DNA from: Podarcis erhardii
Lineage: Eukaryota
Reading direction: 5' to 3' (one strand)
DNA: 64,000 bases
Assembly (NCBI GenBank): GCA_964252035.1
Contig: OZ176205.1
The notes beneath the pieces are model-generated. The model searched no databases. It saw nothing but the letters and a program-made list of their open reading frames with translations, and had not been told where the DNA came from. The position numbers and the translations under genes were made by a program. This document shows, in pieces, positions 13,469 to 26,791 of this stretch; positions within the stretch are counted from its first letter, which is position 1, and the number at the start of each line of letters is the position of its first letter.

Positions 13469-15778
13469 TTCAATATTTTTACATTCTGATAATTTTCACA
13501 TTAAACACACACACACTCCACCCCAAGATGCTTCTGGCCTTGTTTACCTTTGACATCAGGTAAAAATATAGTTTTGTAAACAAAGCTTTGGGAGTATCCA
13601 TTTTTTACAGTTTAATGAGGCAGGTGTTTTAAGATGTTTTGAAATAGGGATATGCAATAAAACTTTTTCACAGCCCCAGTCCAGGTTTGATCTGGGATCC
13701 TGAACTCACATCTCTTCCAGATGAGTGGTGCAGTGGATCATACGGACTTTCTATGCATTCTAATGACAGATGAACTGTCTCAAGCTCAGATCAGAATGAC
13801 TAAAATGAGTTTTGGCTTGATTGGAATTGGTTCATTTTAAGCTTTTCCCAGGTCTCGTTGTCCTCCTGATTACTGGTATATCATTAGTGGTTGAGAAAAT
13901 ATCTTGTGCTTTTCTTGCTGGGTTTTTTTTATGTTCTTGGCCATTTTCATGCAACACTCTGCTATCTTTCCTTCACATTTGCACAGCTGAAACGACCCAC
14001 TTGAAATTCTCTGTGAAAGAAAAAGGTGCATCTTCCTTTGAGTATGATTGAAGAACATCATCTCAGCAAACCCTTGAGGTTCAGTGCTTCGCTGTCACTG
14101 GCCTTTGTTACAGTAAAATTGTATTTTCTATAATAATTCCAGCTTTGCACATTTATTGTAATACTAATTACATGACAGTGTTGTTAGCCAGATAATTGCA
14201 GGGTTTGTGTATTCAAAGCTCATTTAGGTTCAGAAATGAGGCACTTTTAGAAACATACCTGGAGACAAAAAAAAAATCTGCTTTCTGCAAAATCTGTTTT
14301 GTTCATGTTTGGGAGTTTGGTGCATTTGAGTTTTAGAGAATGGAGCTATTAAATATGCTTGGATAGTTCACCAGGAACCATAATAGACTTATGGAGATTT
14401 ACATCTTAATGGATGGATCCAGACTTAGTCATGCTTTGATCAGGACAATTGAAATCTATGGATTTAAGTTAATGATCCTATTGATTTCAGTGGTCGACTC
14501 TAAAGCATGGCTAATTCTGGAGTCAACCTCTTATATACAATTAAAAAAGTATTATTGATGTTTTGGATCATGAAGAATGCAATCTCGCTTTTGAAATTAT
14601 GACACAAAACATGGTAGTGTTTTGTGATGTTTTGTGATAGTAAGTTAGACATCCTGAGAGTTCTCTACTGCAAAGGGTCCTCTCTGGAGGGTACCCTTCA
14701 TGCTGCCAGGTGAATGTGACCCCAATTGACCAACAAAAAAATTATATTGCTGTAGGCCTAGCTTTATTATAGCCCTGGAAATTTAAAAGCCTGTTGTTTT
14801 CTTGGAAATGGACAGGAAGTGAAATAATTGTTGCTCTTTATGTGCTTTGCCATCCGTTGCTTGCGTGACCTTGCTGGGATGAGATGAAAGGAGTGTCACC
14901 CAGCTGAGCACCAAATTTGCAAATGTTTCATCTTGCATGACTTCATCTTTAGAAAGGCCAGCCGGCCAGCAGCCATAGCTGCCTCCCCCCCGCCCTGTCT
15001 TTTCTATCCAATAATGTAAGGTCATGACCCCGCTCCCACCTCCAATTCCTTCCCTGTTCCTGGAGTGTAGCTCAGAAGTCATTACTTAACTCAGGCCCTC
15101 CCCAATGCCCTCCCATCCTGAGATATATGTATGCATATGGCGTGCCAAGGTAATCATTTCTGTCTCAGTGCTGAATCCATCTTCCTTAGCTGACATGTAA
15201 AACCTATACTGTTCACTGCATGAGCAAGAATAATGCTGTGCGTAGGGTGCTGAGCCAGAATGGGTTGTGGGATACACTAACATCTAGTCACAGAGCTGGA
15301 GCAAGAAAGAAAGAGTCCATGTGTGCCCCCTTCTTCCCTTCCTTCCCCTGGTGGGTCAGCTTGGGCTTTTCTGAAGTGGGATGCCATAGGATATGGTTAT
15401 CAGATTTTTTCAATGAATCCAGGGACCCCCCCTTTTTTTTTTTTGAAGCTTGGAAGCAACAGGGAGTCAGTAGTGGCGATGGTGAGGCAAAATACCCTGG
15501 GCCCAAGCACACATGCATATTGTATAAACATGAAAAGCCCTTCTTTCGCACCCTGTGAAACATAAATGTGCAGAGTTTTAAAAAAACTGGGCAACACCCG
15601 CCCACAACTCCTGAGCCTTCCCCGATAAGTCAAAATAAAGGGGGAAGGGGGCAGGAGATCTGTACTGCCGGACGTCCCCAGTTCCCTCTTGGCTGTGGCA
15701 GCGGCAGTCAGCAGCCCGGAGCCAGCCTGGTAGTGCAGTTGGCTCTGGCTGGCTTCAGGAGCTGCTCGCTGCCGTGGC

Positions 15779-16042
15779 TGTTATGTACTGAAGTTCTCAC
15801 CCTGGGCCAGCAGGGGGATACTGTAGATGGTTTTCACTCAGGTCTGCATATGCAAATAAGGGATCGAAAGTGACGTTCAGTGATTGGATAGTTACAGAAA
15901 GTTGTTACAGTTACGTTGTACTGGAGCTCTATATAAGCAGGCTGGCTGAACCCTTCAGTTCAGTTCTGTTCTGACCTGTGAATAAACAAGAGCTGTTTGG
16001 AGAATTGCTGTGTCGTCTGATATGTTCACCTACAACTTAACA
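15779..16042 (+). mobile_element. Short solo LTR (264 bp)
   Basis: TGTTA...TAACA ends, exact 5-bp TSD GTGGC (15774-15778, 16043-16047), TATATAA at about 15930 and AATAAA at 15981-15986. Confidence 0.9.
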
Positions 16043-16630
16043 GTGGCGCCCACCATTTCCCCCCCTGGAAATCACCATATGTTGTGTTGCGCACAAGACC
16101 TATCATATAGGGACTTCCAGCGAGGAAAAATGGCAGGCAGTAATGCAGGGACAGTAATGCAGGAGAGGGTGGGGAAGCACTTGGCCTGAGCGGCCTCTTC
16201 CTCCTCTTTTTCTCACCAGCCTGTGCTCCACCTTTTAGCTCTGATCCACCCCTGTCTCTGATTCTTGCCTCCTGGCTGGTACAGCTCTCCATAAATCACT
16301 GTCCCCCACTTCCGAACCAGACTGCAGCTCTCTCTTTTCCCAGTGCACACTCATCAGTGTCCTGCTAGTCCCTGACATCATGCCCACCACAGACCGCCTC
16401 GAGACATGGGTTTGTTTGTGGAGAGAGAGTTGACTGTGAGATGATGTGACCAGCACATAGTGTGTTCAAGCAACAGGGTGCCTCTAGAGATGAGCAGTTA
16501 GTGAAGGATTAGCCTGTCCTAAGGGGCATTTGTGAAGGATATGTGAATCCCAGAGAAGACATGCATCACCACTCTGAACACCGCATGATAAACCAAGATT
16601 TGGATGGAATATTTTTACTACAAGAATGTA

Positions 16631-16856
16631 CAGTGGTACCTCGGGTTACAGACGCTTCAGGTTACAGACTCCGCTAGTCCAGAAATAGTACCTCAGGTTA
16701 AGAACTTTGCTTCAGGATGAGAACGGAAATCGTGCAGTGGCGGCATGGCTGTAGTGGGAGGTCCTATTAGCTAAAGTGGTACCTCGGGTTAAGAACAGTT
16801 TCAGGTTAAGAACGGACCTCCAGAAAGAATTAAGTTCTTAACCCGAGGTACCACTG
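16631..16856 (-). mobile_element. CAGTGGTACCTCGGGTT-family MITE, complete
   Basis: Both TIRs and TA TSDs present. Confidence 0.9.
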
Positions 16857-17049
16857 TATTAGTGTTATCTTTGTTTGTTTGTTTGTTCTTGGTCATGTTC
16901 ATGAATTTACATATGAAACTTTCTCTTAGTAAACTGCTCTGCATACTTATTTTAGAAGAGTGGGCTATAAATATGAAATAACAAAATACTTAAGGTACCC
17001 CCCCGCCACGCACTTGTCAGTAGATTCCACTAGGGATTCAAGGGTATAC

Positions 17050-17450
17050 CAAGGCTTTAAGTTTGTGCAATTAAAGTGTTGACTTAGCGCAACAAATCCA
17101 CCTAAAAAAATCCCTTCTGACTTTTTGGTGCGTTGTGTTAAAACCTGGGTTAATAAACTGATACTTAATCTCTTGGCAGCAGTAAAGCATCTGATGACCA
17201 AAGTATGGAAAGAGATAAAGGCACCAATCATTGACGCATTTAGAATTTGGAGCTCAGCTTTCTTTCTCAATTAAATTGCCATATTTTGTTCGGGGGCGGA
17301 TGAATTACATTGATAGAACAATGGGGGGAATTTATGAACAGTGTCAAATACTTTCCATAGCAGTTTTGGAACTACAGTGATTATGATTTATGACCTTTCG
17401 GGTGGTCTTTACGTTTCTGGTATTCTCTTTTTGATTTTGATATCCATCCA
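17050..17450 (+). mobile_element. Old L1-like ORF2 C-terminal remnant
   Basis: Translates as NKLILNLLAAVKHLMTKVWKEIKAP, resembling the L1 ORF2 C-terminal L..A...I...WK....P motif; degenerate. Confidence 0.4.
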
Positions 17451-18445
17451 CCCCCTGTTAAATCCAATTTAAAAGAGAAGGGAAGGTCACAGCCTAGTTA
17501 GAAAAATGTCATTGCCATAAAATGCCTCTTCAGCTTCATCCTGATTGGCACAGGGATACCAGAAGAAAATACCACACACACACACACACACACCCCTTAC
17601 CCACTCATCATATTTTCTTCCTATAGGGTGTGTAAACTTGGGACATGGACAGACACATCTGCTCTGCAGCTAACCACAAGATATTTGTATTCAAAGCTGC
17701 AATTCAGCACCTTTCAGAAACACTAAATACAATAATGATATCCTTCTCGATAATTAAGCAATGTCTGTACTGTGAACGATGACTGTTATAGTTGCCATGT
17801 TGAAGCAGTTTGCCTTGTTTTGCATATCCGTAAAGAAAGCAGCTGTTATGTATATTTTCCCCAATTAAATACAAAGCTCTCACAACACACAATACGTCAT
17901 TCAAATGTGTGTCGAATCTCTCTGCCTCTGCTCAACAAAATACTAGTTTTCGGCTCATGAAGAAGGAGTCAATTATCACACATTTGTCGGAAAATAAATA
18001 AATAAATCACTGAGTTCCAAAAAGGATTAGCAGCGGGGAATCACAAGTGTGACCATGCTCCAAAACTTTATGGCAAAGTTCCCACCCAATTCTCTGCATT
18101 AAAACACAGAAGGATTCAAAATGTGTAATTAAAAAAAGGTCAGGATATTGTCACTTGTTATACTGCCACTAGGCCACATGAGACACAGTGTCAGTTAAGG
18201 GCAACTCAGAATATATATTGATGATATAGCTATATAGTTATATACACAAGCATTTTTAATTTAAATATTTGTCAGTTTGTTACACGGCCCCCTTGATGAT
18301 TGAGAGCTGAATTATGAACCGAAATGTGTCATGAAATGTCTGATTCTCCCCCCCCCCTCTTTCTCATATCATGGATTTGGAGGGGTGGAAATGAAAAATC
18401 ATTCTAGGGCTTCAAAGCTTCCCAGCTACTTTCAAAACAATGAAA

Positions 18446-18548
18446 CAGTGGTGGGAGACCTGTGGTCCTCCAGATGTAGTTGACCTCCAGCTCCCGTCAG
18501 CCTCAGACAGCCTGGCCAAATGTCAGGAATGATGGGAGTTGTAGTCTA
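18446..18548. mobile_element. Degenerate short hairpin MITE
   Basis: CCTCCAGATGT..CTCCC..TGATGGGAGTTGTAGTC. Confidence 0.5.
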
Positions 18549-18583
18549 CCCATTCCATAGGGAATAAGAAGGAGCTTGGTCCA

Positions 18584-18720
18584 GACCCCCCCCAAGTGTC
18601 TCTATTTCTCAGGGAGAGTCCTGGATTTACAGAAGCCATCCGGTTTCTGATTTGATCCCAGAATGTGCTGCTTTTCCTTAGGTTGTCCCTATTTTCATCA
18701 GAGAAATGTTGAAGGATATG
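18584..18720 (-). mobile_element. CATACCCTCCAACATTTCTC-family repeat
   Basis: Reverse complement of the 12924 family. Confidence 0.65.
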
Positions 18721-19705
18721 TTGGTCCCTCAAATCCCAACCCAGTCTCAAGCTCCTCAGGCATAGGGTGCAACTAGATATGAGGTAGAGACATCTGTGAT
18801 TAAAAAGAAGAAGAGAAAAGAAGAAACAAGAAAAGGAACCATGGGAAAGAATGATTCAAATTGGAAATATTGGGGGTGGGGCTTAACCTGTTCCTCTCCT
18901 GATACCTTCCCATTGAATTTTACACCTCAGAACTGTTATTTTAATCAGATACCTTCCAGAAAAAATAGCTGGATCAAGGTTTCAATAGGAAATACAATTG
19001 CAATCCATCTATTTTTACATAAAGGTGGGGAAAGGGAGGAGAATCCCAATCATGGGTCTTCAAGGCTCAAATATAACATTACATTTAGCAGGTTTTCAGG
19101 CTTGCTATCTTATCTTGGCTAAGCGGTTCATTTTACATCTTGCATTTTCCCTGGAATTTTTGTTTTGTTTTGTTTTCTTGTTATGATATTGAGGGCAGCT
19201 TTTGGCCCATCTGCTACAATCTATATAATGTTTCATTTTTATGAAGACTCTTTGCTGTTCCCTTTCACCCCTCTGCTCATTAGAGAAATATTTAATGTCT
19301 ATTCTCCGGTGATCTAGCAGTCCCGCTGCTGAAAGGGCTGGGTGCAACGGTCCATCCATTCTGCTATAATTGGGGAATCATCAAAAGAAGAGGAGCATCT
19401 TCCACAAATGCACACTGGGCATGAGAAAACAAAAGGAGCAATATTGAATGACAAACAACTTGGAATAAAATCCTTTGATATTATATGAGAAGGGAAAAAA
19501 TGGTGTTATGTGCCTGTGTTTGTGTGCACGTTTTAAAGTTTCTAAGATCCTCTCATGCAGACATTTATACCAGAAAGACTTTGCCTTTGTTTTTCTTTTC
19601 AACGAGAAAAAAATAAAAACTGTCTATAAAACAGTTTTTATAATGCCCCAATAATTTCATTTTTGCAAACGTTCTGTGTATTTCCATCCCCCTTTCAAAT
19701 AAAAA

Positions 19706-19762
<57 letters not shown>
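19706..19762. repeat. (AAT)19 microsatellite
   Basis: Direct reading; source of the poly-Ile/poly-Leu pseudo-ORFs. Confidence 0.97.
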
Positions 19763-19763
<1 letters not shown>

Positions 19764-20014
19764 CAGGAAGGCTCAGAATAGCAATGCTGAACATGGTTGG
19801 AGGCGTGGGGAGTCCATCCTTGATAATAGAAGGCATCACACATCTGGCAGAATCTGTCCAGGAGAGAAACATGGCATAGATAAGATGGAGAGGTAAGTCA
19901 GTACATCCCAGGGCATGGACTGAAGGGATATGATGTAGCAAGTGTGCTTGAAGCTAAGCAGGTCTGGAAATAGCACCTGAATGGAAGACCACACAGCCCT
20001 ATTCAAGTAGTTGT

Positions 20015-20305
20015 ATACCTGAAGGAGCGTCTCCATCCCCGTTGTTCACCCAGACACCGAGATCTAGCTCCGAGGGCCTTCTGGAAGTTCCCTCACTGCA
20101 AGATGCGAAGTTACAGGAAACCAGGCCTTCTCAGCAGTGGCGCCCACCCTGTGGAACGCCTTCCCATCAGATATCCAGGAGATAAGTAACTATACAACCT
20201 TTAGAAGACACCTGAAGTCCTGCATAGGGAGGGTTTTAATGTTTAATGTTCTATTAAGTTTTTGTACATGCTGGAAGCTGCCCAGAGTCCCTGGGGCAAA
20301 CCAGT
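20015..20305 (+). mobile_element. L2 LINE 3' end, runs into assembly gap
   Basis: AFS..APTLWNAFP..I motif and family 3' UTR GGAAGCTGCCCAGAGT. Confidence 0.85.
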
Positions 20306-20433
20306 NNNNNNNNNNNNNNNNNNNNNNNNNNNNNNNNNNNNNNNNNNNNNNNNNNNNNNNNNNNNNNNNNNNNNNNNNNNNNNNNNNNNNNNNNNNNNNN
20401 NNNNNNNNNNNNNNNNNNNNNNNNNNNNNNNNN
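20306..20433. other. Assembly gap (128 N)
   Basis: Run of N. Confidence 1.
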
Positions 20434-20569
20434 AAAAACCTTGAAGCAACATCTCTGAGTGTGCATGCTCCTCTTCAGACCTTTGCACTTATGATATGAA
20501 TGCCATGATTGTGAGGTGGTTTCTTTTAAAAATTATTGTTGTTGTTGTTGTTGTTGTTAACGCACAATG

Positions 20570-20815
20570 TATTAATTAGTGGGTGGACATAGCAGATGAC
20601 AAAGAGATTTCTCCAAGTAGTTCTTTATAAGTAAGCTGGAACTAAAGTGAACAGCAAACAGCTCAGCTGGCCTGCTTTTATAGGCAGCTGGCTGTCAACA
20701 TCATAACAACAACAACAAACCAGGGTTTCCCGCCTAAAGTAACTGACGTGGACCTGAGTGAAAACTATATACACGATACCCCTGGTGGCCAGGGTGAGAA
20801 CTTCAATACATAACA
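20570..20815 (-). mobile_element. Short solo LTR related to 15779-16042
   Basis: Minus strand begins TGTTATGTATTGAAGTTCTCACCCTGG versus TGTTATGTACTGAAGTTCTCACCCTGG in the other copy. TATAAAA present. 5-bp TSD CAATG (20565-20569, 20816-20820). Terminal CA mutated. Confidence 0.8.
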
Positions 20816-21511
20816 CAATGAAAAAAGCCAAACATCAAAACTGAACAAAAAACAAGTAAAAATAATAATAAACAAAGTAAAAATCATCAACAACAACAAC
20901 AACAACAAAACAAAAAGCAAATAGGTTTTTTGACTATGGACCTGACCTCCCATCTACTCCTTAATTCAATTACCGTACATATAACTTATTGCCAGTAAAA
21001 ACTATTATCATGGTTTAACTGATTCTTAGTTTGATCTCACATCATTCTTGATACTACTACTGAAATTTGTCAAATGCTGCAACAGAGTTTAAACCTCTGT
21101 AATTGTTTTTCAAATATATTTTAAAGACTTCCCATTTTGAAACAAATACGTGTTTTGGTTTGTTTATTTATTTTCAGACAAGTTATCTAACTCCGCATAT
21201 TCAGTCAATTTTTGGATCCAATCTTGCATAGATGGAAGTTTGTCAGATTTCCAATTTCTGAGGCGGTTTCTAAGGGCATTCAACCAACTGCATTCACTTA
21301 GAAACCCACTTCAAAGCTTTATGTTAAATGTGCATGAGATACGGAAGAGGAGCCTGTGCACCTAGGGATGTGAGGGGGAGGGACTGTGTGTTTAGGTGAA
21401 TGTCTGAATAGGGCTCATACAGATTCTACCATTGAATAATAAAGGTAGTGAAGAAATGGTAAATTCTGGGCTCCTTTGAGAGAAAGAGCAGGATTTAGAT
21501 TCAGTAAAAGA

Positions 21512-22071
21512 CACAAGATTTACCCACCCGGGAGGAATGGCAGATGAAGCTGAAGGACTATATGGAATTGGTGGAAATGACTGGCAGAATCCGAGACCAG
21601 GGAGAAGAGTCGGTGGAAGAAGATTGGAAAAAGTTTAAAGATTATCTACAGAAATATTGTAAAATTAATGAATGTTAGAAAAATGATGGAATGAAGTTAT
21701 ATGGCTTTAGCAGAAATGTTATAAGGAATTAGGTACAGACAGATTGTAAATGTATTAAAGGGAAAAAACAAGGTTAGAATATGTTAAGATAAATTACAGG
21801 ATAGAAAACCAGAGGAAGATGGAAAGGAATTGCTGAAACAGTTAATTGAAGTGGAATACAAAAAGGGAGGTGTGAGGAGGTCGCTGAAACAAGTGAACGA
21901 AAGATAAGATTGAAAATATTGGATGTGTTTTTAATTGTTCTTGTTTTGTTTTGTTAATTCAATGTTTTATGTAGTGTTTTTGTATTTGTATTGTATTATA
22001 TTGTTTTGTTTAATTCTTTTTCTTTCCTTTTGTAATCTTTAAACTCTTAATAAATATTATTTTTTAAAAAA
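21512..22071 (+). mobile_element. 5'-truncated L1-type LINE
   Basis: ORF2 C-terminus PTREEWQMKLKDYMEL...EDWKKFKDYL, AT-rich 3' UTR with AATAAA and an A tail; exact 16-bp TSD TAGATTCAGTAAAAGA. Confidence 0.9.
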
Positions 22072-22399
22072 TAGATTCAGTAAAAGAAATAATATATGCA
22101 TTATTGTAGAGGTCTTCGTTTTTTATTTGGAAAATGTAATCAAATTTCCTCAAATTAGTTCATTGTTTTAGCCTTTTTCTTCTGTTGGCAGAACACATGC
22201 AGGAGGTCCTATGTTTCATCAGGATTTTAGGTAGCCTAGCTATGAAAAACATCTGCCTCAGAGTTTGGAGCCTGCTGCCCTGTGAGGCAGACAGTTCAAG
22301 TTCCCCCAACCCTCCGAAGCAGATTCAGGGATGGTGCAGGGCACATGTGGAGAAGAGATGTGGGAAATACCATTGTGTTAGCCTAATCCTTGTGCTAGT

Positions 22400-22646
22400 G
22401 CCAGTGTGATGTAGTGGTTAAGAGTGGTAGACTTGTAGTCTGGTGAACCAGGTTCACGTCTCTGCTCCTCCACCTGCAGCTGCTGAGTGACCTTGGGCTA
22501 ATCACACTTCTCTGAAGTCTCTCAGCCCCACTCACCTCACAGAGTGTTTGTTGGGGGGAGGAAGGGAAAGGAGATTGTTAGCCGCTTTGAGACTCCTTCG
22601 GGTAGTGATAAAGCAGGATATCAAATCCAAACTCTTCTTCTTCTTC
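22400..22646 (+). mobile_element. Squam1/POM-type tRNA-derived SINE
   Basis: Box A-like TGATGTAGTGG, box B-like GGTTCACGTCT, (CTT)n tail. Confidence 0.85.
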
Positions 22647-23833
22647 TATTTAGTTGAATACTGCCTTATAGCTGTAAAAGAGAGAACTCAAGTAGGCTAA
22701 GTGAGGCTAGTGAAACTATTTATTCTTCTTTATTAAAGCCTACATCTTGCAGGTGATATTTTTGATAAATAAATATATGTACTGAATTATGTAGTCTAGG
22801 TTTGCTTGTTTGTTTTTAAAGGTGAGACTAGCTGCACTCTGCTAATCCATAGGTGGTGGCAGCTGGTTATTTTGAGGAGTATTAAGGAAAGTCTGTGCTC
22901 GGTGGCTCAACTGACTGACCGACCTGTTGATGTCTAGAGGCAAAGGCTAGTAAGGGATCCTGCCCTCGAACTGCACATGGGTCAATGGTCAGAGCGTGCA
23001 TGAGACAGCTTTGTGTGTTTACAGGGCTTCTGCCGGTTCCTGAGAACAAGCAGATCAGTTTATCCTTTTCCATTTTGTACAGAATGTGAAGAAAGCAGAC
23101 AAGACCTCCAAAGGCACCTAAGAGTGCAACAACAGAAAACATGGTGCCTGCCTTCACCAGCTATGAAGAAAGAGAGGCGACAGCCACTTCTTCTAGTGAC
23201 TCCTAGCTTATGAGTCAATGCCATCTCCAGTCATCTTCTAAATAGATGGCATGACCTACTTTATCTTGCTTAATTCAAAGGCTACAGCCCGAATGCCTGG
23301 AGCAGCTTTGATTTCTATCGATAGCTGAAGGCTATTGTAGACATAAGTGGCTTCAACTTTCAGATAGTTAGAAAAGGCACAGCAAATAACAATTACTCAT
23401 TTTTGTTAGCAAGCTGCCTTCCAAAACAGTGAAAAGGCACTGTACCATGTCACACTGTGAGCAGATCAATACATTCACTAAAGGACAGTTTATTGCTGAT
23501 ATCTTTTTTTGGAGCAAAAAGAGCAAAAGACCCAACAAAAAGATCACAACAGCAATAGCATCTCGAAGTGGCTAGTTTTAAAGTTGTCATAATATTTGTA
23601 TTAACTTTCTGAAAGAGTCACAATGCACAAAAGCACTCTCTTTTTTGGACTTATATACCACCATTTCTGCATGGGAACCATGTGAGTAATAACAAGACAT
23701 AATTTATAATTGAAACCTAAAATATTGTCAAATTAATTTATATGCAGTATTTCACTACTTATATACATATTTTATTTACAATCATCTTTGTGTTCTGTGC
23801 TGAACCTTAGCTTTTGAATTCATGCCCCATATA

Positions 23834-24436
23834 CACCCTTGTGCAAATTAATTGAAACGAAACATGTTTTCTATCTTACTCATAATCCTGTACTCAAAAC
23901 AAACACAAAAAGTCAGTTGATCATTATGGTGTTGGAAGCCTGCAGCCAGTAGAAGGAATGATGCGCTCGCCACAATATATTGAGGTTCTACGAAGGAGAG
24001 TTATTCCAGAGCTGGAAAAGAGGTATCCTGAGGGTACTGGGATATTGCAGCAGGACCTAGCCTCCTGTCACACATCAAAAGTGGTGAAGAACTTCATGAT
24101 AGAGCAGCAAATACAGGTACTTGATTGGCCAGGGAATTCCCTGGACATAAATCCCATTGAGAATTTGTGAGCTACCGTATATGCAAAAGTCACCTCCATG
24201 CTATAGACTGTACGACTATGGAGAAGCTCATTCAGGGACTGATTCAAGTGTGGTGCTGGGATTCGAAAATCAACAGTGACTGTTTGAAACTAGTAGACTC
24301 CATGCCAAACCATGTTCAAATGCTGCTTAAAAATAGCGGAGGTCATATCCGTTACTAATGTAAAGTTTTGTACATGTTTATGTGAGTTTTGTACAATATA
24401 CTATATTGTTAGTTTCAATTAATTTGCACAAGGGTG
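23834..24436 (+). mobile_element. Internally deleted Tc1 DNA transposon (603 bp)
   Basis: Perfect 25-bp TIRs CACCCTTGTGCAAATTAATTGAAAC (23834-23858 and 24412-24436) flanked by TA on both sides. Confidence 0.95.
23930..24358 (+). pseudogene. C-terminal half of Tc1 DD34E transposase, disrupted
   Basis: QQD-x34-E (..DWPGNSLDINPIENL) followed by a TGA in place of the conserved Trp and a frameshift, then ..VDSMPNHV..KNSGGHIRY*. Confidence 0.92.
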
Positions 24437-26523
24437 TATGTTTAGGTAACTTTTTAACAGGGTTTTATACAACCTCTTGTATGGGACTTAACACAGGCCT
24501 GCAGCAGAATCCCCACCCCCCACCCCAGGCCAAGGGAATAGAGGGTAAAAGAGTCTGGAGGGCAGCACAGTGGAAGAGCACTGGAGATTTATGGTGTCTT
24601 TCTAATATTTCTATATCTGCACAATCACACAAGCAGAGACTACTGAAAGCAGATGGCTACCTACCTCAGGCAGCTAAACCACAAGTGCTGCTATGGGTTC
24701 CCCATAGATCTCCACAGCACCTTAGGCTGCTTCCAGCCCAATTCCAACCTTTTCTGTCAAACACCAGTACTTATATTGCTACTATATCTGAATGGATATC
24801 TATTCATTATCTCAACTTACCTAAAAATGTACTGGTCAGTTCTTCTGTGTCTGTACCTGCTGAATTGGTCAGGGAAAGTTTTTGGAAAATATTTTATCTA
24901 CTGTTACGTACTCCCCATGCCACTACCCCTGTCATCCGACGTTTTTGGCACTTGATTGGGTTCCCCACGTAAGCCTATGTGTGGGAAACTGTTCCCAATT
25001 ACTACAGATATCCACATCAGCCCACACAAAACAGTGTGAGGAGAATGTGGCACGTAACAATATAGATCTCTTGTCAATAACATCCTCTAATCATCTCAGC
25101 TAAGTTGGCTTCATTCTTCAGAATGTGCTCTTGAAATACTTCATTTTGGAGGTGAGAGGAATCTCATAAATCCCTGAATGTGCAATATGTATTCTACAGA
25201 AAGATGGCTATCCTGCTATCTGCATTGTGCCAGTGAGAGAATATCATTTGACACTGCATCTCCTAGCCCCAAAAAATGGAGCCTAGAGGAGTTTGAGAGG
25301 CACTTCAGTCTCCTCAACTGATCACACATTCTTACTGTAGTTTGGAAACTGTGTTTCCAAGTTTAATCAGGTGTCAGGCACACTGACGTTGTGCTGGTTT
25401 TGGGTTTTTTAAGATTATTTTATGAGATGCCAAGGACATCTTTCACTCAGGAAATATGAAATATAAATATTCTTCTGTCAGAAAGTATTGGAAAGTTGAA
25501 AGATATTCGTAGATACAGAGAGGCAAAACCTAGAAGAAGACAGGGTGGTTTCAGAAACACGCCTAAGGACTGTTGTACATTTTATACATCTCTGTGACAC
25601 ACTCATTGACATGGCGATCTGTTTATCCACATAGAGTGTATTTGCACACATTGCCCAAATGTAATGCAAAAAGTAGATAGTAGCAGATGCATTATACAGA
25701 TTAGATGTGATTTATTTTTTTAAAGATGTCTCTGAAGTCTGTGTCTCATATTAACACAATGGATTGTCAGATTTTTCCATTGTTCCACTTCAAAGCATGC
25801 AATTATATTGCCTTAATTGGAAGCAGCGATGTGTTTTCACCAAGGATGTTTACTTGTATTCTGACTACTGGAATATAAATATAGCACCATTTTCTGGTTT
25901 TTGTTTTTTTCTTCCAAACTTCTCTGCTTGCCTGAATCGGGTTCTCCGCATTTAATGTTTGCAAATAAATAAATAAAATGAAATTGCAAAAAGGTATACT
26001 TTCAGTGCAAACTCTAATGAACTCAACCCACATTTTCTATAAATATCCTCTTCAGTCAAATCTCTCTGTTGTAGCTACCAATTTTATAGACTTAAAGAAG
26101 TAGATAACACACAATTTATACGCCTGTTGGAGCATCCTGGCTTTTCATTTTCACTGAAATTCAACAGATTATCCTCATACAAATTGATGCCTTACTTTTC
26201 CTCTATTCTATGGACACTGAGGAAGTTTAAGGGTCAACATGGCCAGGACAGATATTATAAAAGTTTGCCACCATATTGGTGAAAATATATTCATTATCTG
26301 AAAGGTGTTGAATTTTCAGAATGAAAACCTATTATCCCTTTAGGACTTTATTATTATTATTACTTTAAAAATTACCTTCTTACCTACATACCTAGAGTAT
26401 CAGTATTGGATTATTCTCATGTGGAAGTCAGACGGGAAATTATATCTAATCAAACATGATGTTATATCCCACCATAGGTACAATTAACAGAAAAAAATAA
26501 TCAAGCTATAAATGGACAAAGTA

Positions 26524-26749
26524 CAGTGGTACTTCAGGTTACATACGCTTCAGGTTACAGACTCCGCTAACCAAGAAATAGTGCTTCAGGTTAAGAACTT
26601 TGCTTCAGGATGAGAACAGAAATCTGGCTCCAGCGGCGCAGCAGCAGCAGGAGGCCCCATTAGCTAAAGTGGTGCTTCAGGTTAAGAACAGTTTCAGGTT
26701 AAGAACGGACCTCTGGAACGAATTAAGTACTTAACCCGAGGTACCACTG
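26524..26749 (-). mobile_element. CAGTGGTACCTCGGGTT-family MITE, complete
   Basis: Both TIRs and TA TSDs present. Confidence 0.9.
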
Positions 26750-26791
26750 TACACAAATAAGGAAGGGTTAACTGATGACTAGCCTCCAAAC

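Noticed and set aside
13720-13840. CTCTTCCAG|ATG.. possible exon (MSGAVDHTDFL..)
   Set aside because: No convincing donor before the in-frame stop and no recognisable protein.
16043-16060. GTGGCGCCCA after the short LTR resembles a tRNA-Lys PBS, suggesting a proviral 5' end
   Set aside because: GTGGC is the target-site duplication (identical at 15774-15778), the match ends after 8-9 nt, and no gag follows. It is a solo LTR.
19565-19941. Poly-Ile and poly-Leu ORFs
   Set aside because: Translation of the (AAT)19 microsatellite.
22400-22480. tRNA gene
   Set aside because: The tRNA-like head continues into a SINE body with a (CTT)n tail and box B is degenerate; the same applies to the Sauria SINE heads.
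24382-24972. 196-aa ORF adjacent to the Tc1 element
   Set aside because: It begins inside the TIR region, has no recognisable domain and no splice-site support; likely chance.
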